From assembly GCF_035084215.1 (NCBI RefSeq), contig NC_090338.1, positions 57,164,001 to 57,228,000 of the forward strand: a DNA stretch of 64,000 nucleotides. Reading direction: 5' to 3'. Shown piece after piece: positions 26,201-38,040 of the stretch (within the stretch, counting starts at the first letter, position 1; every line of letters starts with the position of its first letter). The stretch comes from Heptranchias perlo. Taxonomy: Eukaryota. Made by a program: the position numbers and the translations under genes. The notes under the pieces were generated by a model. The model saw only the letters and a list, made by a program, of their open reading frames with translations. It did not search any database and was not told where the DNA came from.

Positions 26201-27137
26201 TCATGTACAGGGTATCCCGAAGTTTCTAGCCTCCTTGATCCTCCCATGATTCGCATGGTGATATTTCTATCATTCTTATAACTTTGATACAGAGGACCTG
26301 AGCTTGACTCCAGCTTTGACTGTCATTGAAACTTCACAGCTTCCTAAAGGTGGGTTTAACAGTTCTTCACCAGACTCCAAAAACAGTTCCTCATTCTTTG
26401 TCATCCAAGCACTATATCCTGGGGCGAAGAATCAATCAAAAAGGAGCTACTTTATGCTCTGATTGTGCCCTCTTGTCAGCAAACACAGAGCCATTCATGG
26501 CAATATGGAGAATTCAGTCATCAAGTTCAGTTTATGCATCTTGGCTGAAGAACAACATGGAGGGAGCAAGTAAAAAAATGGCATTTTAAAAAATGGTAAC
26601 GTTTAGTAGCACTAAATCATAAGATGATAGACAAAAGTGCAGAAAAGGAATTTTCTTGATGTCAGCAGGTACTAAGAATTCTTAAACACACTTAAACTGA
26701 AAACACGAGTCAAAAGAAATGCAAATTCAAACCTGGCAGTTAGATAATATGAAGTGGCCCCGGCCATCTGCCCACAAGCCTCAAAGATAGTGAGGGATAC
26801 TTTACTCATATTCGCTTAGAAAACCACAAGCAACATAAATTCCTACAAACTCAATGATAAGCTGAATAATATTCACACATTTAAGAACCACGACCTTTAC
26901 ACTGCTTTGACAAGGCTGCACTTATAATGCCCATTTCCTATTACCACACAGTATAGTTAAGAATAAGTATAAATGCTGAAATAAAAATATAACATTTAAA
27001 AAGAGAAAGATGTTTCTTTTTCAATTCCGATTTCATTTTACAACAAATGAACGACACATCATAAGATTGTAGGTAATCCTGTAATGCTGTGAGATGAGGC
27101 CCCAGAGCAGAGGAAAGGGAGTGGCCCATAAAAAGAC

Positions 27138-27395
27138 GGGAGTCGGAGGCCCGAGAGCAGCTGATGCAGCAGAGCAGAGGGGAGGGAGTCGGAGGCCCGA
27201 GAGCAGCTGATGCAGCAGAGCAGAGGGGAGGGAGTCGGAGGCCCGAGAGCAGCTGAGGCGGCAGAGCAGAGGGGAGGGAATCGGAGGCCCGAGAGCAGCT
27301 GAGGCGGCAGAGCAGAGGGGAGGGAATCGGAGGCCCGAGAGCAGCTGAGGCGGCAGAGCAGAGGAGAGGGAGTCGGAGGCGCGAGAGCAGCTCAG
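27138..27395. repeat. 46-bp GC-rich minisatellite, ~5.5 copies
   Basis: Unit gggagtcggaggcccgagagcagctgaggcggcagagcagagggga. Confidence 0.95.
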
Positions 27396-27788
27396 ACAGC
27401 AAAGAGCCCACACAGCCAATTGGCCATCAAGACTTTTTCACTCCAATTGCCCAACCTGTCCAATCCACAAATGAAAGCTTACTGTAATGTGGAGCATAAT
27501 TTGCTGCAGTCTCAATATCTGTGAATCAGCTTTGGATCTTGCAGGGCCAGGAAGGCACACATGGCCGGGCCTCTATTCAGCTGGTTCCTCCTCCTGTGCT
27601 GCCACTTCACTTCCTCCTCTTCAGTTGTCCTCAGGGCTCGCTGTAGATTCCCGCAGAATTGCCACCCGTTCCCCTCTGGAGTTACTGCACTGATGTCAGA
27701 GCCTAACTTCTGTAGATTCTCCAACATTCTATACAGTGTATAAAGACTGCATGAAGCACATCTACTCATTAATGAGCTCCCTTCTACA

Positions 27789-27892
27789 TGTGGAGATGCC
27801 GGTGATGGACTGGGGTTGACAATTGTAAACAATTTTACAACACCAAGTTATAGTCCAGCAATTTTATTTTAATTTCACAATTTTATTTTAAT
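27789..27892 (-). mobile_element. 104-bp Penelope-like terminal fragment with 12-bp TSD
   Basis: Reverse complement of the Penelope terminus at 28869-28958. TSD ctcccttctaca at 27777-27788 and 27893-27904. Confidence 0.88.
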
Positions 27893-28507
27893 CTCCCTTC
27901 TACAGGCAGCTCCCTTAAGGTAAGAGTGCATGGCCATTCAGCTGAGGAAAATCTGGGGCTAGGCTTCCATTCAGCTGGTTCCTGCTGCTCTACAGCCAGC
28001 TCTGCCTCACTTGCACTGCATGTTGGCCTTTATCTCAAAGGGGTTGGAATGCAAAAGGGAGGAAGTGATGCCTCAGTTGTACAGAGCCTTGATCAGACCC
28101 CCTCTAGAGCACTGTGTTCAGTTTTAGGCACCGAACTTCAGGAAAGATATGTTGGCCTAGGTGGGGGTACAGCGCAGATTCACCAAAATGATTCCAGGGC
28201 TTAAAGGGTTAACAACAACAACTTGCATTTATGTAGCACCTTTAACATAGTAAAATGCCTCAAGACGCTTCACAGGAGCGCTATCAAACAAAATTTGACA
28301 CCGAGCCACGTAAGGAGGTATTAGGATAGGTGACCAAAAGCTTGGTCAAAGAGGTAGGTTTCAAGGACCGTCTTAAAGGAGGAGAGAGAGGTAGAGAGGC
28401 AGAGAGGTTTAGGGAGGGAATTCCAGAGCTTAGGGCCTAGGCAGCTGAACACACGGCCTCCACCGGTGGAGCGAATAAAATCAGGGATGTTCAAGAGGCA
28501 TGAATTG

Positions 28508-28963
28508 GAGGACGGCCTCAACCGGGATCTTGGGTTCATGTCACGCTACACGTTACCCCACCAGCGAACAAATGTTATCTGTTTTTAATATAATGGGTCA
28601 TTTGCTGGCTCTCTCTGCCTTCCGGATGTTTCTGCCTCTCTCTGTGTTTTTTTTCTCTGTTTTTTTTCCCTGTTTGTTTTTTTGTTGAATGTGTATTCGG
28701 GGGTTCTGCAGGTGACACCTCTCTGTCTGAACACGGTGATTGCCTTGGCAACGGGCAGTTGCAGGGGCAGTCTGTAAACACCATGTATTGTTCAATATGT
28801 ATAAATGCGTAGGCTTCAAGGAGCTCTTGAAACATTTGCCTGAGGAAGGAGAAAATCTCCGAAAGCTTGTGAATTTAAAATAAAATTGCTGGACTATAAC
28901 TTGGTGTTGTAAAATTGTTTACAATTGTCAACCCCAGTCCATCACCGGCATCTCCACATCATG
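28508..28963 (+). mobile_element. Penelope-like element 3' fragment (P1)
   Basis: GIY-YIG C-terminus (EDGLNRDLGFMSRY), 3' UTR, hammerhead and terminus ...catctccacatcatg. Confidence 0.9.
28835..28873 (+). ncRNA. Minimal type I hammerhead ribozyme (P1)
   Basis: ttgc-CTGAGGA-a-ggaga(aaa)tctcc-GAAA-gc-tt-gtga. Confidence 0.75.
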
Positions 28964-30105
28964 ACAAATGAGAGACAGTGGAGGGGTCTAGAGAGGTGGC
29001 GGTGAGGTAGAGCTGGGTGTCATCAGCCTACATGTGGAACCTGACGTTGTGTTTTTGGATGATGTCACCGAGGGGCAGCATGTTTTTGAGAAATAGAAGG
29101 GGGCCAAGGGCAGTGTAGGGTGTTTCCGATCGTGTGAGTGTCGTTCAGCCTTGCTGGTCACAACTGAACTCACTTATTTACAGTCGAAGGTCTGGGCTTA
29201 CCCTTATGAATCACGCTGAAGGATGATGAATAATGCAATTGAGATAGGTTTCAGATTTTGAACAGTAAAAGTATGTTTAATATGTACAGCAAATCTCAAT
29301 ATGGCAAAACCGATGCTAATGTTCCTATATGACTACAAACAAATAGATTACTTCCCCATGGACTTCTTAAACTAAGCCCCTCCGTGTTCCCTTACTCACG
29401 GCTGTTAACTCCCAACACTACACTGCTAAGGTTTGGTCGGACATGCAGAGGTAATTCTCCACACGGCTGTGAGTTGAGTAATCTGCAGGCTGCGGTTGAA
29501 ATGCTCACCCTGCTGACTTTGCCTGCCGGGTCGGGGCTTCTACGATCGAAGTCCTTGGGGCCATACCTGCTCCTTGGGGCTTGTGACCACTTTCGGTCCT
29601 GGTTGTAGAGAGAGCGGCTTGCTCTGATCTCCTGATGTTGTAGAGCTGTGTGGCTGGTGTCCTTTTGACCTCCACTCTTTGACCTCCACTCTTCGACCCT
29701 CCTCTTCCTGAGGCTGCAACAGTTATACTGTTTTTGGCTGATCTCATCAGACGATGCAAAATGCTACGATTGGTCCCTGGAGAGAAAGCTTTGTTTGAAT
29801 GTGTATTATTCTCCCGCCTCTCATCTAGCTGGTATTGGAGGACAATGGGAACTGTTGACTATATGAGGTGTGAACTGTTTTCAGATGGGTTCTGTTGTCC
29901 CGACCGATTGACTTAATTATATCAACCGGGGTGGGGGGGGGGGGGGGGGAATTCATTGTCTCCTTAGCCAACTTGGAGCCGGTGATGATGTGAGGCACTG
30001 TCTCTGTTGGGTGGGGTGAGTTTTAGTTCAAAAGCTTGTCTGGGAACTGTGTTTTAAACAGGGTCCTTTTCGCAGCCATTTTCCCAAAACTGGGGTTTTC
30101 CCCTG

Positions 30106-30778
30106 GACACCACCCACCAGGTGCACGGTTCATACACCTGTGACTCGGCCAACGTTGTCTACCTCATAAGCTGCAGGAAAGGATGCCCCAGAGCATGGTA
30201 CATTGGCGAGACCATGCAGACGCTGCGACAACGGATGAACGGACACCGCGCAACAATCGCCAGATAGGAGGGTTCCCTCCCAGTCGGGGAACACTTCAGC
30301 AGTCATGGACATTCAGCCACCGACCTTCGGGTAAGCATACTCCAAGGCGGCCTTCGAGACACACGACAACGCAAGATCGTCGAGCAGAAATTGATAGCCA
30401 AGTTCCGCACCCATGAGGACGGCCTCAACCGGGATCTTGGGTTCATGTCACGCTACACGTAACCCCACCAGCGAACAAATGTTATCTGTTTTTAATATAA
30501 CGGGTCATTGACTGTCTTCCTTCTCTCTCTCTCTCTTTATTTTTTGGGGGTTTGTATATTCAGTGGCCTTTTTAGGTGACACCTTTCTGTCTGCTCACTG
30601 TGATTGCCTTGGCAACGGGCAGTAATCACCAGGCATTGTTCTGTGATTTACAAATGCGTAGGATTCGAAAATGTCATTTCCACACCGTTCACCTGACGAA
30701 GGAGGAAGCCTCCGAAAGCTTGTGGAATTTAAAATAAATTTGTTGGACTATAACTTGGTGTTGTAAAATTGTTTACAA
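30106..30778 (+). mobile_element. Penelope-like element 3' fragment (P2), GIY-YIG region
   Basis: Near-identical to 53700-54055 (NVVYLI..WYIGET); in-frame stop at ~30265. Confidence 0.92.
30688..30726 (+). ncRNA. Minimal type I hammerhead ribozyme (P2)
   Basis: ttcac-CTGACGA-a-ggagg(aag)cctcc-GAAA-gc-tt-gtgg. Confidence 0.8.
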
Positions 30779-31719
30779 ATAAAATCTTGGAATAAAAACG
30801 ATAATCCTACAGTAGGTCCTTGAGGGACTCCAGAGGTAACGGTGCGGGAGTGGGAAGAGAAGCCATTGTAGGTGATTCTCCGGCTACGATTGGATCGATA
30901 AGAATAGAACCAGGCGAGCGCAGTCCCACCCAGCTGGATGATGGAGGACAGGAGTTGGAGGAGGATGGTGTGGTCAACCTTGTGAAAGGATGCAGACATG
31001 TCGAGAGGATGAGGAGGGATAGTTTACCATCGTCACAGTCACATAGCATGTCATTTGTGACTTTGATAAAGGCCGTTTCAGTACTGTGGCTGGGGCGGAA
31101 ATGTAATTGGAGGGATTCAAGCATGGAGTTGCGGGAAAGATGGGCACGGATTTGGGAGGCGACAACACGTTCAAGGACTTTGGAAAGGGAAGGGAGGTTG
31201 GAGATGGGGCAGTAGTTTGCAAGGACAAAGGGGTCAAGGGTGGGTTTTTTGAGGAGGGGGTGATGACGGCAGATTTGAAGGGGAGGGGAACAGTACCTGA
31301 GGAAAGGGAACCGGTAACAATATCAACTAACATTAGGGGCCAGGAAGGGAAGCTGGGTGGTCAGCAGGACAGTGGGAATAGGGTCAAGGGAGCAGGAGGT
31401 AGGTCTCATGGTCAAGATGAGCTCGGAGAGGGCATGAGGGGAGATAGGAGAGAAACTAGAGAAAGATGCGAGTTCAGGGCTAGGATATAGGGGAACCTTG
31501 GGGGAAGTTTAGCTTGGTGGGCTATGGGAAGGGAGGGACGCGGCAGAGGCAGCTGAACGGATGGGCTCAATCTTAGTGACAAAGAATCCATGAGCTCTTT
31601 GTCACTTGTTGTTGGAGGTGAGGGTGGAAGGGGCAGGGGAGAGAGGTGTAAGACAGTTTGTAGAGGAGAAGACAAGCTGGGGGCTATCTTTGGAATAGTA
31701 ATTTTTGGCAGAGGAGAGT

Positions 31720-32155
31720 AGTTATGAGACCTGTTTGCAAACACTTACTTTGTATTCCCTTCAGTTTAGAAGATTGAGGGGTGATCAAAACTAGGTCTTT
31801 AAAATGATAATGGCATTCGATAGGATAGATACAGAGAAACAAATTCCTTTGAATGGGGAATCTAGAACTAGGGGGCATAATCTTAAAATTAGAGCTGTGC
31901 CATTTTGGAGTTAAATCAAGAGGCACTTTTTCACACAAAGGGTGGTGGAAATTTGGAAATCTCTCCCCCAAAAGGCTGTGGATGGTGGGTCAAATGAAAG
32001 TTTCAAGACTGAGATCGATCGATTTTTGTTAGGTAAGGGTATCAAGGGATATGGAGCAAAGGCGGTAAATGGAGTTAAGGTACAGATCAGCCATGATCTA
32101 ATTGAATGGCGGAACAGGTTCGAGGGGCTGAATGGCCACTCCTGTTCCTATGTTT
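31720..32155 (+). mobile_element. CR1 3' fragment
   Basis: RTRGHNLKI..FFTQRVVEIWKSLP followed by a CR1 3' UTR. Confidence 0.8.
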
Positions 32156-32327
32156 CAACAGGTGCTCCCTCTGAAATGGATACATACGAGCTGGTGCCTG
32201 TTTAATCAAGAATATCTGATGGGTGCTTATGATACAGATCGGCTTCCTGCTCCTCTCTGGTGCCAGCTAAGTCATCTTGAAGACCATGTAAAAAGAGAAA
32301 AGCAATTTGTGTTAACATCGTACCTGT

Positions 32328-33730
32328 ATTTTTTTTTATTCATTCATGGGATGTGGGTGTCGCTGGCGAGGCCGACATTTATTGCCCATCCCTAATTGCC
32401 CTAATTGGTGGTGAGCCTCCTTCTTGAACCGCTGCAGTCTGTGTGGTGAAGGTTCTCTCACAGTGCTGTTAGGAAGGGAGTTCCAGGATTTTGACCCAGC
32501 GATGATGAAGGAACGGCGATATATTTCCAAGTCGGATGGTGTGTGACTTGGAGGGGTACTTACAGGTGGTGTTGTTCCCATGTACCTGCTGCTCTTGTCG
32601 TTCTAGGTGGTAGAGGTTGCGGGTTTGGGAGGTGCTGTCGAAGAAGCCTTGGCGAGTTGCTGCAGTGCATCCTGTGGATGGTACACACTGCAGCCACTGT
32701 GCGCTGGTGGTGAAGGGAGTGAATGTTTAGGGTGATGGATGGGGTGCCAATCAAGCAGGCTGCTTTGTCCTGGATGGTGTCGAGCTTCTTGAGTGTTGTT
32801 GGAGCTGCACTCATCCAGGCAAGTGGAGAGTATTCCATCACACTCCTGACTTGTGCTTTGTAGATGGTGGAAAGGCTTTGGGGAGTCAGGAGGTGAGTCA
32901 CTCGCCGCAGAATACCCAGCCTCTGACCTGCTCTTGTAGCCATAGTATTTATATGGCTGGTCCAGTTCAGTTTCTGGTCAATGGTGACCCCCAGGATGTT
33001 GATGGTGGGGGATTCGGTGATGGTAATGCCGTTGAATGTCAAGGGGCGGTGGTTAGACTCTCTCTTGTTGGAGATGGTAATTGCCTGGCAATTGTCTGGT
33101 GCGAATGTTACTTGCCACTTATCAGCCCAAGCCTGGATGTTGTCCAGGTCTTGCTGCATGCGGGCTCAGACTGCTTCATTATTTGAGGGGTTGCGAATGG
33201 AACTGAACACTGTGCAGTCATCAGCGAACATCCCCATTTCTGACCTTATGATGGAGGGAAGGTCATTGATGAAGCAGCTGAAGATGGTTGGGCCTAGGAC
33301 ACTGCCCTGAGGAACTCCTGCAGCAATGCCCTGGGGCTGAGATGATTGGCCTCCAACAACCACTACCATCTTCCTTTGTGCTAGATATGACTCCACCCAC
33401 TGGAGAGTTTTCCCCCTGATTCCCATTGACTTCAATTTTACTAGGGCTTCTTGGTGCCACACTCGGTCAAATGCTGCCTTGATGTCAAGGGCAGTCACTC
33501 TCACCTCACCTCTGGAATTCAGCTCTTTTGTCCATGTTTGGACCAAGGCTATAATGAGGTCTGGAGCCGAGTGGTCCTGGCGGAACCCAAACTGAGCATC
33601 GGTGAGCAGGTTATTGGTGAGTAAGTGTCGCTTGAAAGCACTGTTGACGACACCTTCCATCACTTTGCTTACGATCGAGAGTAGACTGATGGGCAATAAT
33701 TGGCCGGTTTGGATTTGTCCTCCTTTTTGT
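32328..33730 (-). mobile_element. LINE family B, 5'-truncated
   Basis: ORFs 33166-33696 and 32560-33159 ([22 protein letters not shown]); poly(A) end at 32328. Confidence 0.92.
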
Positions 33731-33829
33731 GATTGTATGAATCATCTGTGAGCAGAGTTCCAATACATATACATTGCATGCTTTGCTGCTGTTGTCTCAG
33801 TGAATGAGTTGGTTTGAAAGGGAAGTAGC

Positions 33830-34610
33830 AGCAACAGCAACAACATGTATTTATATAATGCTTTTAAAATAGAAACACATCCCAAGATGTTTAACAGAAA
33901 CATAAGGAAGAAAATAAACTGGCGATATTCAAGTTCATTAAACGTTGGTCAAAGAGGTCGATTTTAAGGAGCATCATAAAGGAGGAGAGAGAGTTAGAGA
34001 GGCGGAGAGGTTTAGGGAGGGAATTCCAGAGCCTAGGGCCTAGGCAGCTGAAGGCACGGCCATCAATGGTGGGGCGAAGGAAATCGGTGATGCACAATAG
34101 GCCAGAGTTGGAGCAACGCAGAGATCTCGGAGGGTTGTAGGACTGGAGGAGGTTACAGAGATAGGGAGGGGCGAGGCCATGGAGGGATTTGAACACAAGG
34201 ATGAGAATTTTTAAATCAAGGCATTGGTAGACCAGGGGCCACTGTAGGTCAGCAAGCACAGGGGTGATGGGTGAACGGGACTTGGTGCGAGTTAGGATAC
34301 GAGCAGCAGAGTTTTGGATGAGCTGAAGTTTATGGAGGGTGGAAGATGGGAGGTCAGCCAGGAGAGCATTGGAATAGTTGAGTTTGGAGGTATCAAAGAC
34401 ATGGATTAGGGTTTCAGCAGCAGATGGGCTGAGGCAGGGCGGAGGCAGGCGATATTACTGAGGTCAAAGTTGGCGGTCTTGGTGATGGAGAGCATATGGG
34501 GTTGGAAGCTCAACTCTGGGTCAAATAGGACACCGAGGTTGTGAACAGTCTGGTTCAGCCTGAGACAATGGCCAGAGAGGGGAATGGAATCGGTGGCTAG
34601 GGAACAGAAG
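33830..34610 (-). mobile_element. L2 3' fragment
   Basis: LADLQWPLV..LKILILVFKSLHGLAPPYL..RAFSCLGPRLWNSLP. Confidence 0.85.
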
Positions 34611-35448
34611 AGGGAGAAAGAGTACCTCCATCAACTGGGTGAGGGAGGGGATGGTTGAACAGGGAGTCGGGGGCGCAAACAGTGCCTTTGTGAACTTAGG
34701 GGAGAAGAGTACACTTGTAAACCATGGGGAAGAATGGCTCTGAAATCAGGAGAAAGATTGCTTCTGTGAACAGAAAGGGGGAAGATTTCAGTTTTTATTT
34801 TACATATGAGATCAACAGAGAGCATTTATACATCAACAATTTATCCACTAATTTCTCCTCAAGAGATCAGGGGAAATCCCTGCAATTTTTGCCACAATCT
34901 TCAGCAGTTTTCTGGTGACTCTGCCGAAAAGAAGGAGATGACATTGGAGCTCTTTTTCAATAAATTATATGAATGTTCTCCTTTAATAATTTCAAGAGGT
35001 CATTATGAAGAACTGATCCTCCATATGTTTAAGCATCCAGCCCCTGATTCAGTTTCTCTGGAGGATGGAAACAGTGAGCTGCTCATGGTGCAGACGGTGT
35101 AACATAATTCATTTTAAGAAAATAGAGAATCTATTGCATAAAGCAAGCCAAAAAGTCAAGTGAAGTTATTAATAATGCCCGTTTGAGTCATAGTTCATCA
35201 TGCAATCATTACTCAGTTTGATTCTTATCTACATTGTTTAGAAAAACCATCCACATCTTGCCAGTACCACTTGAAACTGCCAAATGACACAAGGTCAACA
35301 GCAGAATTAAATTAAAGCTATCGATGGAAAGCTGGCGACAAATCGGACATTACCGATCAGACAATGGGGCGGAGATTCGTTATGTTGGAACTCTGACCAT
35401 TTTTCATTCCATCCAAGATCGCGTTTTAAATAGAATCATCCGGAGGAA

Positions 35449-38040
35449 TTTTTTTATTCGTTCATGGGATGTGGGCGTCGCTGGCAAGGCCGGCATTTAT
35501 TGCCCATCCCTAATTGCCATTGAGAAGGTGGTGGTGAGCCGTCTTCTTGAACCGCTGCAGTCCGTGTGCTGACGGTTCTCCCACAGTGCTGTTAGGAAGG
35601 GAGTTCCGGGATTTGACCCAGCGACGATGAAGGAACGGCGATATATTTCCAAGTCGGGATGGTATGTGACTTGGAGGGGAACGTGCAGGTGGTGTTCTTC
35701 CCATGTGCCTGCTGCTCTTGTCCTTCTAGGTGGTAGAGGTCGCGGGTTTGGGAGGTGCTGTGGAAGAAGCCTTGGCGAGTTGCTGCAGTGCATCCTGTGG
35801 ATGGTACACACTGCAGCCACTGTGTGCCGGTGGTGAAGGGAGTGAATGTTTAGGGTGGTGGATGGGGTGCCAATCAAGCGGGCTGCTTTATCCTGAATGG
35901 TGTCGAGCTTCTTGAGTGTTGTTGCAGCTGCACTCATCCAGGCAAGTGGAGAGTATTCCATCACATTCCTGACTTGTGTCTTGTTGATGGTGGAAAGGCT
36001 TTGGGGAGTCAGGAGGTGAGTCACTCGCCGCAGAATACCCAGCCTCTGACCTGCTCTTGTAGCCACAGTATTTATATGGCTGGTCCAGTTCAGTTTCTGG
36101 TCAATGTTGACCCCAGGATGTTGATGGTGGGGGATTCGGCGATGGTAATGCCATTCAACGTCAAGGGGAGGTGGTTAGACTCTCTCTTGTTGGAGATGGT
36201 CATTGCCTGGCACTTGTCTGGCACGAATGTTACTTGCCACTCATGATCCCAAGCCTGGATGTTGTCCAGGTCTTGCTGCATGCGGGCACGGACTGCTTCA
36301 TTATTTGAGGTGTTGCGAATGGAACTGAACACTGTGCAGTCATCAGCGAACATCCCCATTTCCGACCTTATGATGGAGGGAAGGTCATTGATGAAGCAGC
36401 TGAAGATGGTTGGGCCTAGGACACTGCCCTGAGGAACTCCTGCAGCAATATCCTGGGGCTGAGATGATTGGCCTCCAACAACCACTACCATCTTCCTTTG
36501 TGCTAGGTATGACTCCAGCCACTGGAGAGTTTTCCCCCTGATTCCCATTGACTTCAATTTTACTAGGGCTTCTTGGTGCCACACTCGGTCAAATGCTGCC
36601 TTGATGTCAAGGGCAATCACTCTCACCTCACCTCTGGAATTCAGCTCTTTTGCCCATGTTTGGACCAATGCTGTAATGAGGTCTGGAGAGGAATGGTCCT
36701 GGCGGAACCCAAACTGAGCATCGGTGAGCAGGTTATTGGTGAGTAAGTGCCGCTTGATAGCACTGTTGATGACACCTTCCATCAGTTTGCTGATGATTGA
36801 GAATAGACTGATGGGGCGGTAATTGGTCGAATTGGATTTGTCCTGCTTTTTGTGGACAGGACATACCTGGGCAATTTTCCACATTGTTGGGTAGATGCCA
36901 GTGTTGTAGCTGTACTGGAACAGCTTGGCTAGAAGCGCAGCTAGTTCTGGAGCACAAGTCTTCAGCACTACAGCTGGGATGTTGTCAGGGCCCATAGCCT
37001 TTGCTGTATCCAGTGCACTTAGCCGTTTCTTGATATCACGTGGAGTGAATCGAATTGGCTGAAGACTGGCTTCTGTGATGGTGGGGATATCGGGAGGTGA
37101 CTGAGATGGATCATCCACTCGGCACTTCTGGCTGAAGATGGTTGCAAACGCTTCAGCCTTGTCTTTTGCATTCACGTGCTGGACTTCAGCATCATTGAGG
37201 ATGGGGATGTTTACAGAGCCTCCTCCTCCCGTTAGTTGTTTAATTGTCCACCACCATTCACGACTGGATGTGGCAGGACTGCAGAGCTTTGATCTGATCC
37301 GTTGGTAGTGGGATCGCTTTGCTCTGTCTATAGCATGTTGCTTCCGCTGTTTAGCTTGCATGTAGTCCTGAGTTGTAGCTTCACCAGGTTGGCATCTCAT
37401 TTTTAGGTACACCTGGTGCTGCTCCTGGCATGCTCTTCTACACTCCTCATTGAACCAGGGTTGATCCCCTGGCTTGTTGGTAATGGTAGAGTGAGGAATA
37501 TGCCGGGCCATGAGGTTACAGATTGTGCTGGAATACAATTCTGCTGCTGCTGAAGGACTGCAGCGCCTCATGGATGCCCAGTTTTGAGCTGCTAGACCTG
37601 TTCTGAATCTATCCCATTTAGCACGGTGATAGTGCCACACAACACGTTGGATGGTATCCTCAGTGTGAAGACGGGACTTCATCTCCACGAGGACTGTGCG
37701 ATGGTCACTCCTACCAATACTGTCATGGTCAGATGCATTTGCGACAGGTAGGTTGGTGAGGACGAGGTCAAGTAAGTTTTTCCCTCGTGTTGGTTCGCTC
37801 CCCATCTGCCGCAGGCCCAGTCTGGCAGCTATGTCCTTCAGGACTCGGCTAGCTCGGTCAGTCGTGGTGCTACCGAGCCACTCTTGGTGATGGACATTGA
37901 AGTCCCCCACCCAGAGTACATTCTGTGCCCTTGCTACCCTCAGTGCTTCCTCCAAGTGGTGTTCAACATGGAGGAGGACTGATTCATCAGCTGAGGGAGG
38001 GCAGTAGGTGGTAATCAGCAGGAGGTTTCCTTGCCCATGT
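35449..38040 (-). mobile_element. LINE family B, 2.6 kb, partial endonuclease plus RT; 657-aa ORF with one frameshift near 36110
   Basis: WVGDFNVHH, LDLVLT, SDH (APE domain); GPDNIP, NYRPISL, FADD (RT). Confidence 0.93.

Larger units (their letters stand above)
29114..30811 (-). mobile_element. Solo LTR (about 1.0 kb without the nested Penelope), probably Gypsy-type
   Basis: TGTAGG...CCTACA termini, 4-bp TSD gcag/gtag (1 mismatch), L2 resumes exactly across it, ATTAAA on the minus strand at ~29276-29281. Confidence 0.7.
28213..31680 (-). mobile_element. L2 LINE, interrupted by Penelope and solo-LTR insertions
   Basis: FRPSHSTETAFIKVTND, GVPQG, LGPKLWNSLP..FKTVLETYLF, and a (GTT)n tail at 28213. 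Confidence 0.85.

Noticed and set aside
26941-27419. 156-aa and 128-aa repetitive ORFs
   Set aside because: Translations of the 46-bp minisatellite.
27430-28030. Possible RTE-clade LINE C-terminal relic on the minus strand
   Set aside because: Similarity is too weak to support by eye.
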